NCBI GenBank assembly: GCA_964571315.1
Contig: CAZNBR010000002.1
Coordinates: 1-57,151, forward strand
Origin: an uncultured Syntrophaceae bacterium
GTDB lineage: Bacteria; Desulfobacterota; Syntrophia; Syntrophales; UBA2210
Reading direction: 5' to 3'
Length of the DNA stretch: 57,151 nucleotides
The notes beneath the pieces were generated by a model, which worked only from the letters and a program-made list of their open reading frames with translations, was not told the origin of the DNA and did no database searches. A program made the translations under genes and the position numbers. Shown here one piece after another: positions 1-7,961 of this stretch (positions are counted from its first letter, which is position 1; each line of letters begins with the position of its first letter).

Positions 1-268
1 CCAAAGGTTGCTTATGCCGCATAAAATTGACATGTTCAATTGCCGGAGTAATAATATACGACAGGTAGAATGAAACATCGGGGGCGCTCAACCGGTTCTC
101 TCCCCTCTCTCTCAACTGGGAGATCAGATTCGCCATCTCTCTTCGCAGTCTTTCCAATGTTTCTTTCTCACCATCGAGGCGTCTTTTCATATCCGCAAAT
201 TCAAGCATCAGTTTATCCTCCAACAGTTTTCTGTAATCCAGTACCGGCTGCAATCTGAAATGAAACAT
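1..268 (-). CDS. fliJ: FliJ-like flagellar export chaperone (partial, runs off the left edge)
   Basis: Not in the ORF track because it is truncated by the window edge. Minus-strand ATG at 268..266 is preceded by GAAGGTGG. It translates MFHFRLQPVLDYRKLLEDKLMLEFADMKRRLDGEKETLERLRREMANLISQL..., a coiled-coil N-terminus typical of FliJ. It lies immediately downstream of fliI, the canonical position. Confidence 0.6.
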   Translation of the reverse strand, partial: MFHFRLQPVLDYRKLLEDKLMLEFADMKRRLDGEKETLERLRREMANLISQLRERGENRLSAPDVSFYLSYIITPAIEHVNFMRHKQPL

Positions 269-293
269 ATACCCACCTTCGAGCGGTTTCGCT

Positions 294-1619
294 TTATCCC
301 GTAGAGTCAAAGAGCGCGAGGAGCTGTGCCCTGCCCTCCTCAAAACCGACCTTTTCGCTAATATCCTGCCTCAAGAATCCATTGATCATGTCTATCATTC
401 GTATCGCATTGTCTATCTCCGGATTGCTCCCCTCCACGTAGGCGCCGATATTAATCATATCTTCCGCCTTTTTATAGACAGCTACGGCATTGATAATATC
501 ATTCGCCCTTTTTCTGTGATCTTTATCCACAATATCGATCATGACCCTGCTCCTGCTCTCCAGGATATTGATCGCAGGATAGTGATTCCGTGCGGCCAGT
601 TCGCGGGAAAGGGTTATGTGGCCGTCAAGGATTGACCGTGCCGCATCGGCGACCGGTTCATTAAAATCGTCCCCTTCCACAAGAACCGCATAGATACCTG
701 TGATGCTTCCGTGGCCCTCCACGCTTCCCGCTCTCTCCAGGAGTTTCGGCATCAGACTGAAGACCGAAGGCGTATACCCCTTTGTGGTCGGAGGCTCTCC
801 GACGGAGAGACCGACCTCTCTCTGGGCCATCGCAAACCTGGTCAGTGAATCGATCATGAGGAGGACATCCATTCCCTGATCCCTGAAATATTCCGCTATG
901 GCAGTCGCCACATACGCCGCCCTCATCCTGACCAGGGGATGCATGTCCGATGTTGCCACAACAAGCACGGACCTGGCCAGCCCCCCTTTGCCGAGGTTCT
1001 TCTCGATGAATTCGCGGACCTCCCTTCCCCGCTCGCCGACGAGTCCGATCACATTGATATCGGCTCTCGTGTTTCTGGCAATCATGCCGAGGAGAACGCT
1101 CTTGCCGACCCCTGAACCTGAGAAGATCCCCATCCTCTGGCCCTTGCCACAACTGAACAACCCGTTGATCGCCCTGATCCCGAGGTCTATCGGTTCAGTT
1201 ATCCTGCTCCTCTTCAGGGGATTGATCGGATCGGCATACACCGGATATTCACCTTCCGCTTCTATCGGCCCCCCGTCATCGATAGGGTTGCCCCGACCAT
1301 CAATGACCCTTCCCAGAAGACTGCGACCCACCCGTACGTTCGACTTTTTCCCCGTGGAGAGTATCCTGCAGCCGGGTCCCACGCCGTCAAGGCCTCCGAA
1401 AGGCATGAGGAGAGCCTTTTCTTTCCTGAATCCGACGACCTCCGCGGAGATTGTCCTGCCGGTGCCATCCGGGTACACCCGACACATTTCACCTATGGAC
1501 GCTTCAGGGTTGTGGCCTTCCAACAAAAGACCGATGACCCCGCTCACCTTTCCATAGGTGTTGAACGGATTTGTGCCCTCGATCGTTCTCCGATATTTTT
1601 CAAAATCTATGTTCATCAT
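294..1619 (-). CDS. fliI: Flagellum-specific type III secretion ATPase FliI
   Basis: 441 aa. Walker A GSGVGKS, Walker B-like VLLMIDSLTRFAMAQRE, and F1/T3SS-ATPase architecture. It follows fliH with a 20-nt overlap. Confidence 0.95.
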   Translation of the reverse strand: MMNIDFEKYRRTIEGTNPFNTYGKVSGVIGLLLEGHNPEASIGEMCRVYPDGTGRTISAEVVGFRKEKALLMPFGGLDGVGPGCRILSTGKKSNVRVGRSLLGRVIDGRGNPIDDGGPIEAEGEYPVYADPINPLKRSRITEPIDLGIRAINGLFSCGKGQRMGIFSGSGVGKSVLLGMIARNTRADINVIGLVGERGREVREFIEKNLGKGGLARSVLVVATSDMHPLVRMRAAYVATAIAEYFRDQGMDVLLMIDSLTRFAMAQREVGLSVGEPPTTKGYTPSVFSLMPKLLERAGSVEGHGSITGIYAVLVEGDDFNEPVADAARSILDGHITLSRELAARNHYPAINILESRSRVMIDIVDKDHRKRANDIINAVAVYKKAEDMINIGAYVEGSNPEIDNAIRMIDMINGFLRQDISEKVGFEEGRAQLLALFDSTG

Positions 1620-2271
1620 ACAATGTTTCTCTGATCTTATCTAACTGCCGATCCAGCCTGGCATCCACCGCCCCTGAATGCGCCTCTATCACAGCCCCCC
1701 CCCGACCGATTTCTTCATCCTTCTCAATCGGAATGTCGCCGTAACTGCCCAGAAAATCGGGGTTTGCCTCCGTTATGTAGCGGTAGTCTTCGGGGTTCAT
1801 CCGGACCCTGACATCTTCCTTTCCCCGCATGGTTCTCATCGCATCTCTCAGGACAGAGAGGATAATTTCCCTGTCGGCGTTCACCTCCTTGTGTATCACC
1901 TTACCGGCTATCAGAAAGACGAGATCGAGTATCTCCTTTTCAGAACTCTCCAGCAGCTTCTCTTTCAAGGTCCCTATTTCTCTGATCAGTTTCGCAACCG
2001 ATTCCGAGGCCATAGACAAATTTCTCTTGTCCCGGTCGATGCTCTCCATTAATCCGTCATAGGTCTTTTTCTCTGCGGCCTTTTTTCTCGCGGTTTCCTC
2101 TACCGCAATTTCTGGTCCTTCCGCTGACTGTCCCCCTGTTTCTTCACGTTCATCTGCCGGGGAACCGCAGAGGCCCCGAACAAATCCGGTCCGGGCTTCC
2201 TCCCGCAGATCCGTCAGCTTTACATCCTGGGCCTTTATAATCCTGCTATACGAATTCATCTTTTTGGCCAC
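1600..2271 (-). CDS. fliH: Flagellar assembly protein FliH
   Basis: 223 aa. Charged coiled-coil centre and C-terminal GGAVIEAHSGAVDARLDRQLDKI, a FliH/T3SS stator signature. It sits between fliG and fliI with overlapping ends. Confidence 0.8.
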   Translation of the reverse strand: MAKKMNSYSRIIKAQDVKLTDLREEARTGFVRGLCGSPADEREETGGQSAEGPEIAVEETARKKAAEKKTYDGLMESIDRDKRNLSMASESVAKLIREIGTLKEKLLESSEKEILDLVFLIAGKVIHKEVNADREIILSVLRDAMRTMRGKEDVRVRMNPEDYRYITEANPDFLGSYGDIPIEKDEEIGRGGAVIEAHSGAVDARLDRQLDKIRETLYDEHRF

Positions 2272-3250
2272 TTCCCGAAAACGTTATCTTGTCCTCAGAT
2301 TCAAGCCTCTTTGCGATGTCGATAATCGCCCTCTGGCTCTTTTCCACCTCCGACAGCCGTATGGGGGGCATAAGGGATATATCTTCCCTGAGCATCTCGG
2401 CGGCGCGCTTTGACAAATTATCAAAGACCTTTTCCTTCGTTTCATCGTCGACTACCTTGAGGGCGCGGGGCAGATCTTCACGATCCACTTCCTCCAGCAG
2501 TACCCTCATGCTTCTGTTATCCAGTTTGAAGATATCATCAAACGTAAACATGCGGTTTCTGATCTCGGTTACCAGCTCCGGCTCCGTTTCCTCGAGCGAT
2601 TCGAGAATTCCCTTCTCACTCGCCCGGCTCATCCTGTTCAGAATCTCCGCTATCACCTGAATTCCCCCGGCATGTTCTTCGCTCTCCCCCCCCCTGATCA
2701 TCTCCGATTCAAGCGTTTTCGTCATCTCCTCAAGAAACTCGCGCGGGACGCTCCCCAGCGTCGCAATCCTCTTGATAATATTTTGCTGCCTGTCAGGAGG
2801 GAGGTTCTCCATGATCTCCGCCACCTGTTCAGGTCTCAGATACGACAGTATAAGGGCTATGGTCTGGGGATGCTCCGTCTTTGTAAAATCCGCCAGGATC
2901 CTCGGATCCGCGGTCCTCAATTTTTCAATGATCGTTCCGCCATCGGACAGGAACTTTTCCCCTTCGATGGTCTTTATAAACTCCCTTCCTCTGGTTTCTC
3001 CCAGGGCCTTCAATATAACATTTTCAACATACTTGCCCTGACCCGATATGGATCCTTCTCTCTTCCCCCTGACAAGAGCGTTAAATTCCCTGGCGGCATA
3101 TTCGATATCCTTCCGAGATGACCCTGTCAGATTGTTCATCCACTTCCCGACACGTCTGATCTCATTCGTTTCGAGATTCTTCATGACACTGGCAGCCGTT
3201 TCCTCGCCCAGGGATAAAAGGACCAGCGCCGCTTTCTCTTCGTTTGTCAT
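2246..3250 (-). CDS. fliG: Flagellar motor switch protein FliG
   Basis: The ORF track begins at 3313, but the FliG-like N-terminus MTNEEKAALVLLSLGEETAASVMKNL starts at the internal ATG at 3250, with GAAGGAGA upstream. The C-terminal torque-helix region LKVVDDETKEKVFDNLSKRAAEMLRED is present. Confidence 0.92.
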   Translation of the reverse strand: MTNEEKAALVLLSLGEETAASVMKNLETNEIRRVGKWMNNLTGSSRKDIEYAAREFNALVRGKREGSISGQGKYVENVILKALGETRGREFIKTIEGEKFLSDGGTIIEKLRTADPRILADFTKTEHPQTIALILSYLRPEQVAEIMENLPPDRQQNIIKRIATLGSVPREFLEEMTKTLESEMIRGGESEEHAGGIQVIAEILNRMSRASEKGILESLEETEPELVTEIRNRMFTFDDIFKLDNRSMRVLLEEVDREDLPRALKVVDDETKEKVFDNLSKRAAEMLREDISLMPPIRLSEVEKSQRAIIDIAKRLESEDKITFSGSGQKDEFV

Positions 3251-3358
3251 ACCTGCTACACGTCTCCTTCGTAGAATCAAATGCCCCGTGCAAAAGCACA
3301 GGAGAGAATGCAATGGTGCCCGGCTCTTTCTTTATGCCTCGCATAAAGGGATTGACAG

Positions 3359-4954
3359 TTATCGGAGCCAGGTTTTCAATAATTCCGCAAACTCACGGGC
3401 ATCCTGCCCGGCCAGGGTCCTCAAGTGATCTATCTCCCTGAACCCTTGGGTCTCAAGCTCCGCTCCAGCGCCTCCTTCTTCCAACCGAGCACGTTCAGCT
3501 TCCAGTTGAGGACCGCCAACACTCACAGACGTCAATCTCCTGACGCCGCCCGCGCCTCCCCCCCCCGTTGCCAGGATAAACGTGATTAAAGGGCGCAGGA
3601 CAAAAAACAGGACAAGCATCAGGGCGGCCAGCGAGGCAAAGTATTTGATAAAGGGCACTGCCGCAGACAATCCCGCCCAGAAACCTCCCTGGGCAGGGGT
3701 TATTTCCAGGTCAAGTTTTCTGAAGGGGATACTGGTGACCGCCACCTGGTCTCCCCTCGCGGCATCAAAACCAACCGATTTCTTGACAAGACCCTCAAGG
3801 GTCGCTATTTCCTCTTTCGATCTCGGCTGAAATTCTTCGGCACCCGTATCGCTTTTCTTGTAAACACCGTCCACCAGCACAGCCACGGATAACTTCTCCA
3901 TCTCCCCCACCGGCATGACTGTCTTGCTGACAACCCGGTTTATCTCGTAATTGACCACCTCATTCATCTCTTCGCGGCCGGCGCCAGAGGCCATTGCGCC
4001 CCCTGCGCCGGTGGGGGCGACGGTGGACTCCCCTCCCTCGACCGGCACGCTCGACTTCTTGCTATTACGGCGGAGGCTCCTCACCACCGGTTCTTCGGGG
4101 TCGTAGGCCTCCTCGGTTTTTTCCACAAGCTTGAAATCAATGGCCGCGGAAACCTTTGCCACAACCTTTCCCTCTCCCACCACCTTCTCCAGCATGGACT
4201 GGATCCTGTTCGCCAGGTCTTTTTCTATGTTTCTCTGATATTCAATCTGTGAAGAAGCCCGCCTCGAAAACGGAGAGCCGTCGCTGGCCTTGGTCGTTGA
4301 CAGGATACTGCCGCTGCTGTCCACCACCATTACCTCTTCCGGAGAAAGTCCCTCCACGCTGCTGGACACGAGGGCAACGATCCCCTCTATCTGAGATGCC
4401 CGGAGCTTCCTCCCTGCCCGTGGTTTTATAATAACGGAAGCGGTTGGTTTTGCCTTTTCATCGACAAAAAGCGATTGCCGGGGTATGACGATATGGACCC
4501 TGCTCTGCTGAACCTCATCCAGACCGTTGATCGTGCGCGCCAATTCACCCTGGAGCGCCCTCTGGTAGTTCAGTTGCTGCACAAAATCGGTAACACCAAA
4601 GTTCTTATTGTCAAATATCTCAAAGCCTATTCCTCCCCCACTGGGAAGCCCGGAGACCGCCAGCTCGAGTCGTAATTCAGAAATATGTTCTTCGGGGACC
4701 GAGATGGCATCGCCGGCGCTGGACACCTTATAGGGGACCTTCTTTTCCTGCAATCTGGCGACAATCCCCCCCGCATCCTCCGTGGAAAGGTTGGAAAAAA
4801 GTGTCCCGTATTCTTTCTGATTTACGGAAACGACGAATACCGCAATGCTCACCAGGACAACAACGGTGACAGCAATGATGGATACCCTTTTCGCAGGGGC
4901 CAGGGAGTTAAAAAGCTTCCCCAACTGAGAAAAAAAATGAACCGCTGAATCCAT
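3359..4954 (-). CDS. fliF: Flagellar M-ring protein FliF
   Basis: 531 aa. N-terminal TM segment, then YGTLFSNLSTEDAGGIVARLQEKKVPYKV...LRLELAVSGLP (YscJ/FliF fold), and a second TM near the C-terminus. Confidence 0.93.
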   Translation of the reverse strand: MDSAVHFFSQLGKLFNSLAPAKRVSIIAVTVVVLVSIAVFVVSVNQKEYGTLFSNLSTEDAGGIVARLQEKKVPYKVSSAGDAISVPEEHISELRLELAVSGLPSGGGIGFEIFDNKNFGVTDFVQQLNYQRALQGELARTINGLDEVQQSRVHIVIPRQSLFVDEKAKPTASVIIKPRAGRKLRASQIEGIVALVSSSVEGLSPEEVMVVDSSGSILSTTKASDGSPFSRRASSQIEYQRNIEKDLANRIQSMLEKVVGEGKVVAKVSAAIDFKLVEKTEEAYDPEEPVVRSLRRNSKKSSVPVEGGESTVAPTGAGGAMASGAGREEMNEVVNYEINRVVSKTVMPVGEMEKLSVAVLVDGVYKKSDTGAEEFQPRSKEEIATLEGLVKKSVGFDAARGDQVAVTSIPFRKLDLEITPAQGGFWAGLSAAVPFIKYFASLAALMLVLFFVLRPLITFILATGGGGAGGVRRLTSVSVGGPQLEAERARLEEGGAGAELETQGFREIDHLRTLAGQDAREFAELLKTWLR

Positions 4955-4975
4955 ACCATCCTCTCTCGGCAGGCA

Positions 4976-5278
4976 TTATACCTGCATCCGCATGACCTCT
5001 TGATAGGCCTCCAATATCCTGTTCCTCACCTGCAACATCGCCCTGAACGAAATATCCGCCTTTTCCAGGGCAATCATTGCCTCATGAATGCTCCCTGAAT
5101 CACTGAGTTCGACCTTTGCGACGGCATCATCGGCCTCTAATTTCAGCTGGTTGATCTCCGCGATCTTGCTGCGCAGGAGGGTACCGAAAGAATCCCCATC
5201 TCCCCTGACGCTGCCGCTTTTCCCCCCGGAATCTGAAATCGAGGGCACCAGATCGCCCCGAATCGTTATATCGTTCAT
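4976..5278 (-). CDS. fliE: Flagellar hook-basal body complex protein FliE
   Basis: 100 aa. C-terminus IHEAMIALEKADISFRAMLQVRNRILEAYQEVMRMQV matches the FliE signature. Position is between flgC and fliF. Confidence 0.85.
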   Translation of the reverse strand: MNDITIRGDLVPSISDSGGKSGSVRGDGDSFGTLLRSKIAEINQLKLEADDAVAKVELSDSGSIHEAMIALEKADISFRAMLQVRNRILEAYQEVMRMQV

Positions 5279-5293
5279 CGTGAAGCCACCCCC

Positions 5294-5707
5294 TTATTTC
5301 CCAAGTTCCAGCGCCTTCAGCGCCATATTCTTTGTTGCGTCGAATGCGGTGACACAGGCATCATATGCCCTGTTGGCCGTGATCATATCCGCCATTTCGC
5401 TGACCGTATTGATATCGGGCATGGCCACAATGCCCTTCTCATTCGCATCGGGATGAGCCGGATCGAAGACCATCTTTACGCTCTCTTTGTCCTCTGCGAT
5501 ACGATCCAGCTTGACCATCCGCAGGGTATCATCAAAACTCCCCCCCACCGGTTCGGAAGAAAAGACGGCTACTTTTCTTTTGTATGCCCCCCCCTCCGGC
5601 GTGCGCGTCGTGTTAACGTTGGCAAGATTCGACACGATGGCATCCATCTTCGCCCTCTGGGCCGCAAGCCCCGATGCGCAAACCCTGAAAGTCGACAGGA
5701 ATTCCAT
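5294..5707 (-). CDS. flgC: Flagellar basal-body rod protein FlgC
   Basis: 137 aa. N-terminal SGLAAQRAKMDAIVSNLANVNTTRTP rod-protein motif and C-terminal ANRAYDACVTAFDATKNMALKALELG. Confidence 0.93.
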   Translation of the reverse strand: MEFLSTFRVCASGLAAQRAKMDAIVSNLANVNTTRTPEGGAYKRKVAVFSSEPVGGSFDDTLRMVKLDRIAEDKESVKMVFDPAHPDANEKGIVAMPDINTVSEMADMITANRAYDACVTAFDATKNMALKALELGK

Positions 5708-5708
5708 A

Positions 5709-6092
5709 TTATTTCGCCTCCCTTAAAACAGTATTCAAGCCCTTGAATTTTCTTGCCAGCAATTCCACGGCAAGATTATACATAAGATTGTTTTCCGCCA
5801 GTTTTGCCATTTCACTGTCAAGGTCGACCCTTTCTCCGGCCTCGACCACCTCAAAATCGGCTTCACCGGGAACCCTCTGTCCGGGCAGGTGTCCTCCTTC
5901 GCTCCCGGTCATTCTCATCCCCTCTCCACTCTCGATCATGTCTTTCAGTTCATCCTTGAAGACAAGATCCTTCGGCCGGTAATTCGGAGTATCTATATTT
6001 GCGATGTTTGAGGTTATTACCTTATGCCTCTCCGATCGAAAATCCAGGACTGCGGATAACATGCCTATGGTTTTTCCAAATAGTGCGTCCAT
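5709..6092 (-). CDS. flgB: Flagellar basal-body rod protein FlgB
   Basis: 127 aa. RSERHKVITSNIANIDTPNYRPKDL motif. First gene of the flgBC-fliEFGHIJ block. Confidence 0.9.
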   Translation of the reverse strand: MDALFGKTIGMLSAVLDFRSERHKVITSNIANIDTPNYRPKDLVFKDELKDMIESGEGMRMTGSEGGHLPGQRVPGEADFEVVEAGERVDLDSEMAKLAENNLMYNLAVELLARKFKGLNTVLREAK

Positions 6093-6103
6093 AATTATTC
6101 CTT

Positions 6104-6182
6104 TCAGGGTTATCAGGGATCAGGGATCGGGGGTCAGGGGATGGAAGACCTGACAGGTTGATCCCTGACATCTGATCCCTGT
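6104..6182 (-). repeat. Repeat-rich flgB leader: several copies of CAGGGAUC and its complement GAUCCCUG
   Basis: Plus strand reads tcagggttatcagggatcagggatcgggggtcagggg (6104-6140) and ttgatccctgacatctgatccctgt (6158-6182). In the minus-strand mRNA, CAGGGAUCAG near the 5' end is exactly complementary to CUGAUCCCUG just upstream of the GAAAGGAA Shine-Dalgarno. Confidence 0.6.
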
Positions 6183-6194
6183 AAACTGTTTCTA

Positions 6195-6210
6195 TGCAAT
6201 GCCCGTACCA
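6195..6210 (-). promoter_or_regulatory. Sigma54 (-24/-12) promoter-like element upstream of flgB
   Basis: Minus strand reads TGGTACGGGCATTGCA. GG and GC have the canonical spacing of TGGCACG-N4-TTGCW. It lies about 100 nt upstream of the flgB ATG and is embedded in a perfect 8-bp inverted repeat, ATGCCCGT/ACGGGCAT (6199-6220). Confidence 0.7.
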
Positions 6211-6249
6211 GAACGGGCATAGAATAACGAAAAACGCCCCTGTCTTGCA

Positions 6250-7650
6250 TCATCTGACCCCTGACTCCTGATTTCCACCCCCTGTCTCGCTCTTATACTC
6301 ATTGAGCTTATTCCGGATGGTCCGCACACTGACGCCCAGGATCTCCGATGCCCTGGTCCTGTTTCCCTTCTCACGCTCCAGGGTTTTACATATAAGGTTT
6401 TTTTCCATCTCTCTCAGTGTAGTGCCTTGCGAGGCAACCAGTTCCAATGCCGCTTCCGCCGGTTGTCTGTTCTCCTCATCTTCGTTTTCCAGATAGAGGT
6501 GCTCCGGAAGGATCGTCCCACCACCGGAGAGCAGTACCGCCCTCTCAATCACATTTTCCAGTTCCCTCACATTGCCCGGCCACCGATGAACTTCCAACAT
6601 GCACGCAACCTCCTCCGATAGCGTCGGTTTCGCTGCTTTGCCGAGCCTGCTGTACTTTTCCAGAAAATACTCGCCGAGAAGAGCAATATCTCCGTTTCTC
6701 TCCCGCAGGGGGGGGATCTTGACCGGGATAACATTCAATCGGTAATAGAGATCGACCCGAAATTTTTTCTCCTCAACGCATTTCCTTAAATCTGTATTTG
6801 TCGTGGCAATGATCCTGACATCCACAGGTACAGGCCCCCCACCACCCAGCCTGTCAACCTCGGATTCCTGTATAACCCGGAGGAGCTTTGCCTGAAGTTG
6901 CATATCCATTTCGCTGATCTCGTCCAGCAGCAAGGTCCCGCCGCTGGCCAGCTCGAATTTTCCCAGCCTTCTCCGTGACGCGCCCGTAAAGGCACCCCTT
7001 TCATGTCCGAACATCTCACTCTCGAGGAGATTGTGGGGAATGGCTGCACAATTGACCCCTACAAACGGCATATGCACCCTGTCGCTGTACCGGTGTATGT
7101 GCCGCGCAATCAGTTCCTTACCCGTGCCGCTTTCTCCCTGTATCAGAATGCCTGACTTGCTCCTGGACACGCCCTTCAGGAATTCAAGAAGGGTCAGCAT
7201 CGGTTTATCCTGCGTAACAAACGTTTTCCCCCGGGATAGAGAGCCCCTTGGATCATGCCCTGGTTCACCTCGCCCTCCCCCATCTTTTTTGGCCATCACT
7301 TTCCTGACAACCGCTTCCAGGTGATCCATTGAAAAGGGCTTCATGATGAAATCTTCGGCCCCCTCTTTCATCGCTTCAACCGCGGTGTTAACCGTCCCGT
7401 AAGCCGTCATGACTACAACGGGGATCTCGAAAGAAATCTTTTTAACGCCCCGCAGGACCTCCATGCCGTTTATCCCGGGCATTTTCATGTCGGTTACAAC
7501 AACGTCAAAGGCATCCTCCTGAAATTTCTCCAGGGCATCCGCACCGTTCTCTGACGTTACAACCGTATATCCGCAGCTCTCCAGGGACTCGGAAAGAACC
7601 ATCCTCATTGAGGGATCATCATCAACAACCAAGATCGTTTTTGTTTTCAT
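6250..7650 (-). CDS. Sigma54-dependent response regulator (NtrC family; FlgR/FleR/FlrC-like)
   Basis: REC domain (ILVVDDDP...VVVTDMKMPG...KPF). AAA+ sigma54-interaction domain (GESGTGKE, GAFTGA loop in ESEMFGHERGAFTGA, NVRELEN). C-terminal Fis-type HTH RASEILGVSVRTIRNKLNEY. ATG at 7650 is preferred over the TTG at 7662. Confidence 0.93.
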   Translation of the reverse strand: MKTKTILVVDDDPSMRMVLSESLESCGYTVVTSENGADALEKFQEDAFDVVVTDMKMPGINGMEVLRGVKKISFEIPVVVMTAYGTVNTAVEAMKEGAEDFIMKPFSMDHLEAVVRKVMAKKDGGGRGEPGHDPRGSLSRGKTFVTQDKPMLTLLEFLKGVSRSKSGILIQGESGTGKELIARHIHRYSDRVHMPFVGVNCAAIPHNLLESEMFGHERGAFTGASRRRLGKFELASGGTLLLDEISEMDMQLQAKLLRVIQESEVDRLGGGGPVPVDVRIIATTNTDLRKCVEEKKFRVDLYYRLNVIPVKIPPLRERNGDIALLGEYFLEKYSRLGKAAKPTLSEEVACMLEVHRWPGNVRELENVIERAVLLSGGGTILPEHLYLENEDEENRQPAEAALELVASQGTTLREMEKNLICKTLEREKGNRTRASEILGVSVRTIRNKLNEYKSETGGGNQESGVR

Positions 7651-7961
7651 AGCTCGCCACAACCAATGGAATCAGTAGATCCGGAAACAAGAACAGGAGA
7701 ATATACACCGCCACGAAACGCTGACCCCCCTATTATCAAGCACGCAACATCCCGCACGGCGGGATTCGAGGAACAGGCCACGGATCACTTGATCTTTAGG
7801 GTCTTTCCCGGACGGTTCTCATTTTTTTATTCTGTTTTCTGAATTCCGGCTTCTGCCCGTTGTAAAAACAGGTCCTCCGCCGGCCCCTTTCAGCCGCGCT
7901 CACTCAGAATGACAGCACGCGGTGTGTCTTCATAACCCTTTACGAATGCGTGACCGTGAGT

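Noticed and set aside
70-258. 62-aa plus-strand ORF at the left edge
   Set aside because: It lies antisense to a much better FliJ-like reading frame that has an SD and sits in the canonical position after fliI. The peptide is low-complexity (S/P/R-rich).
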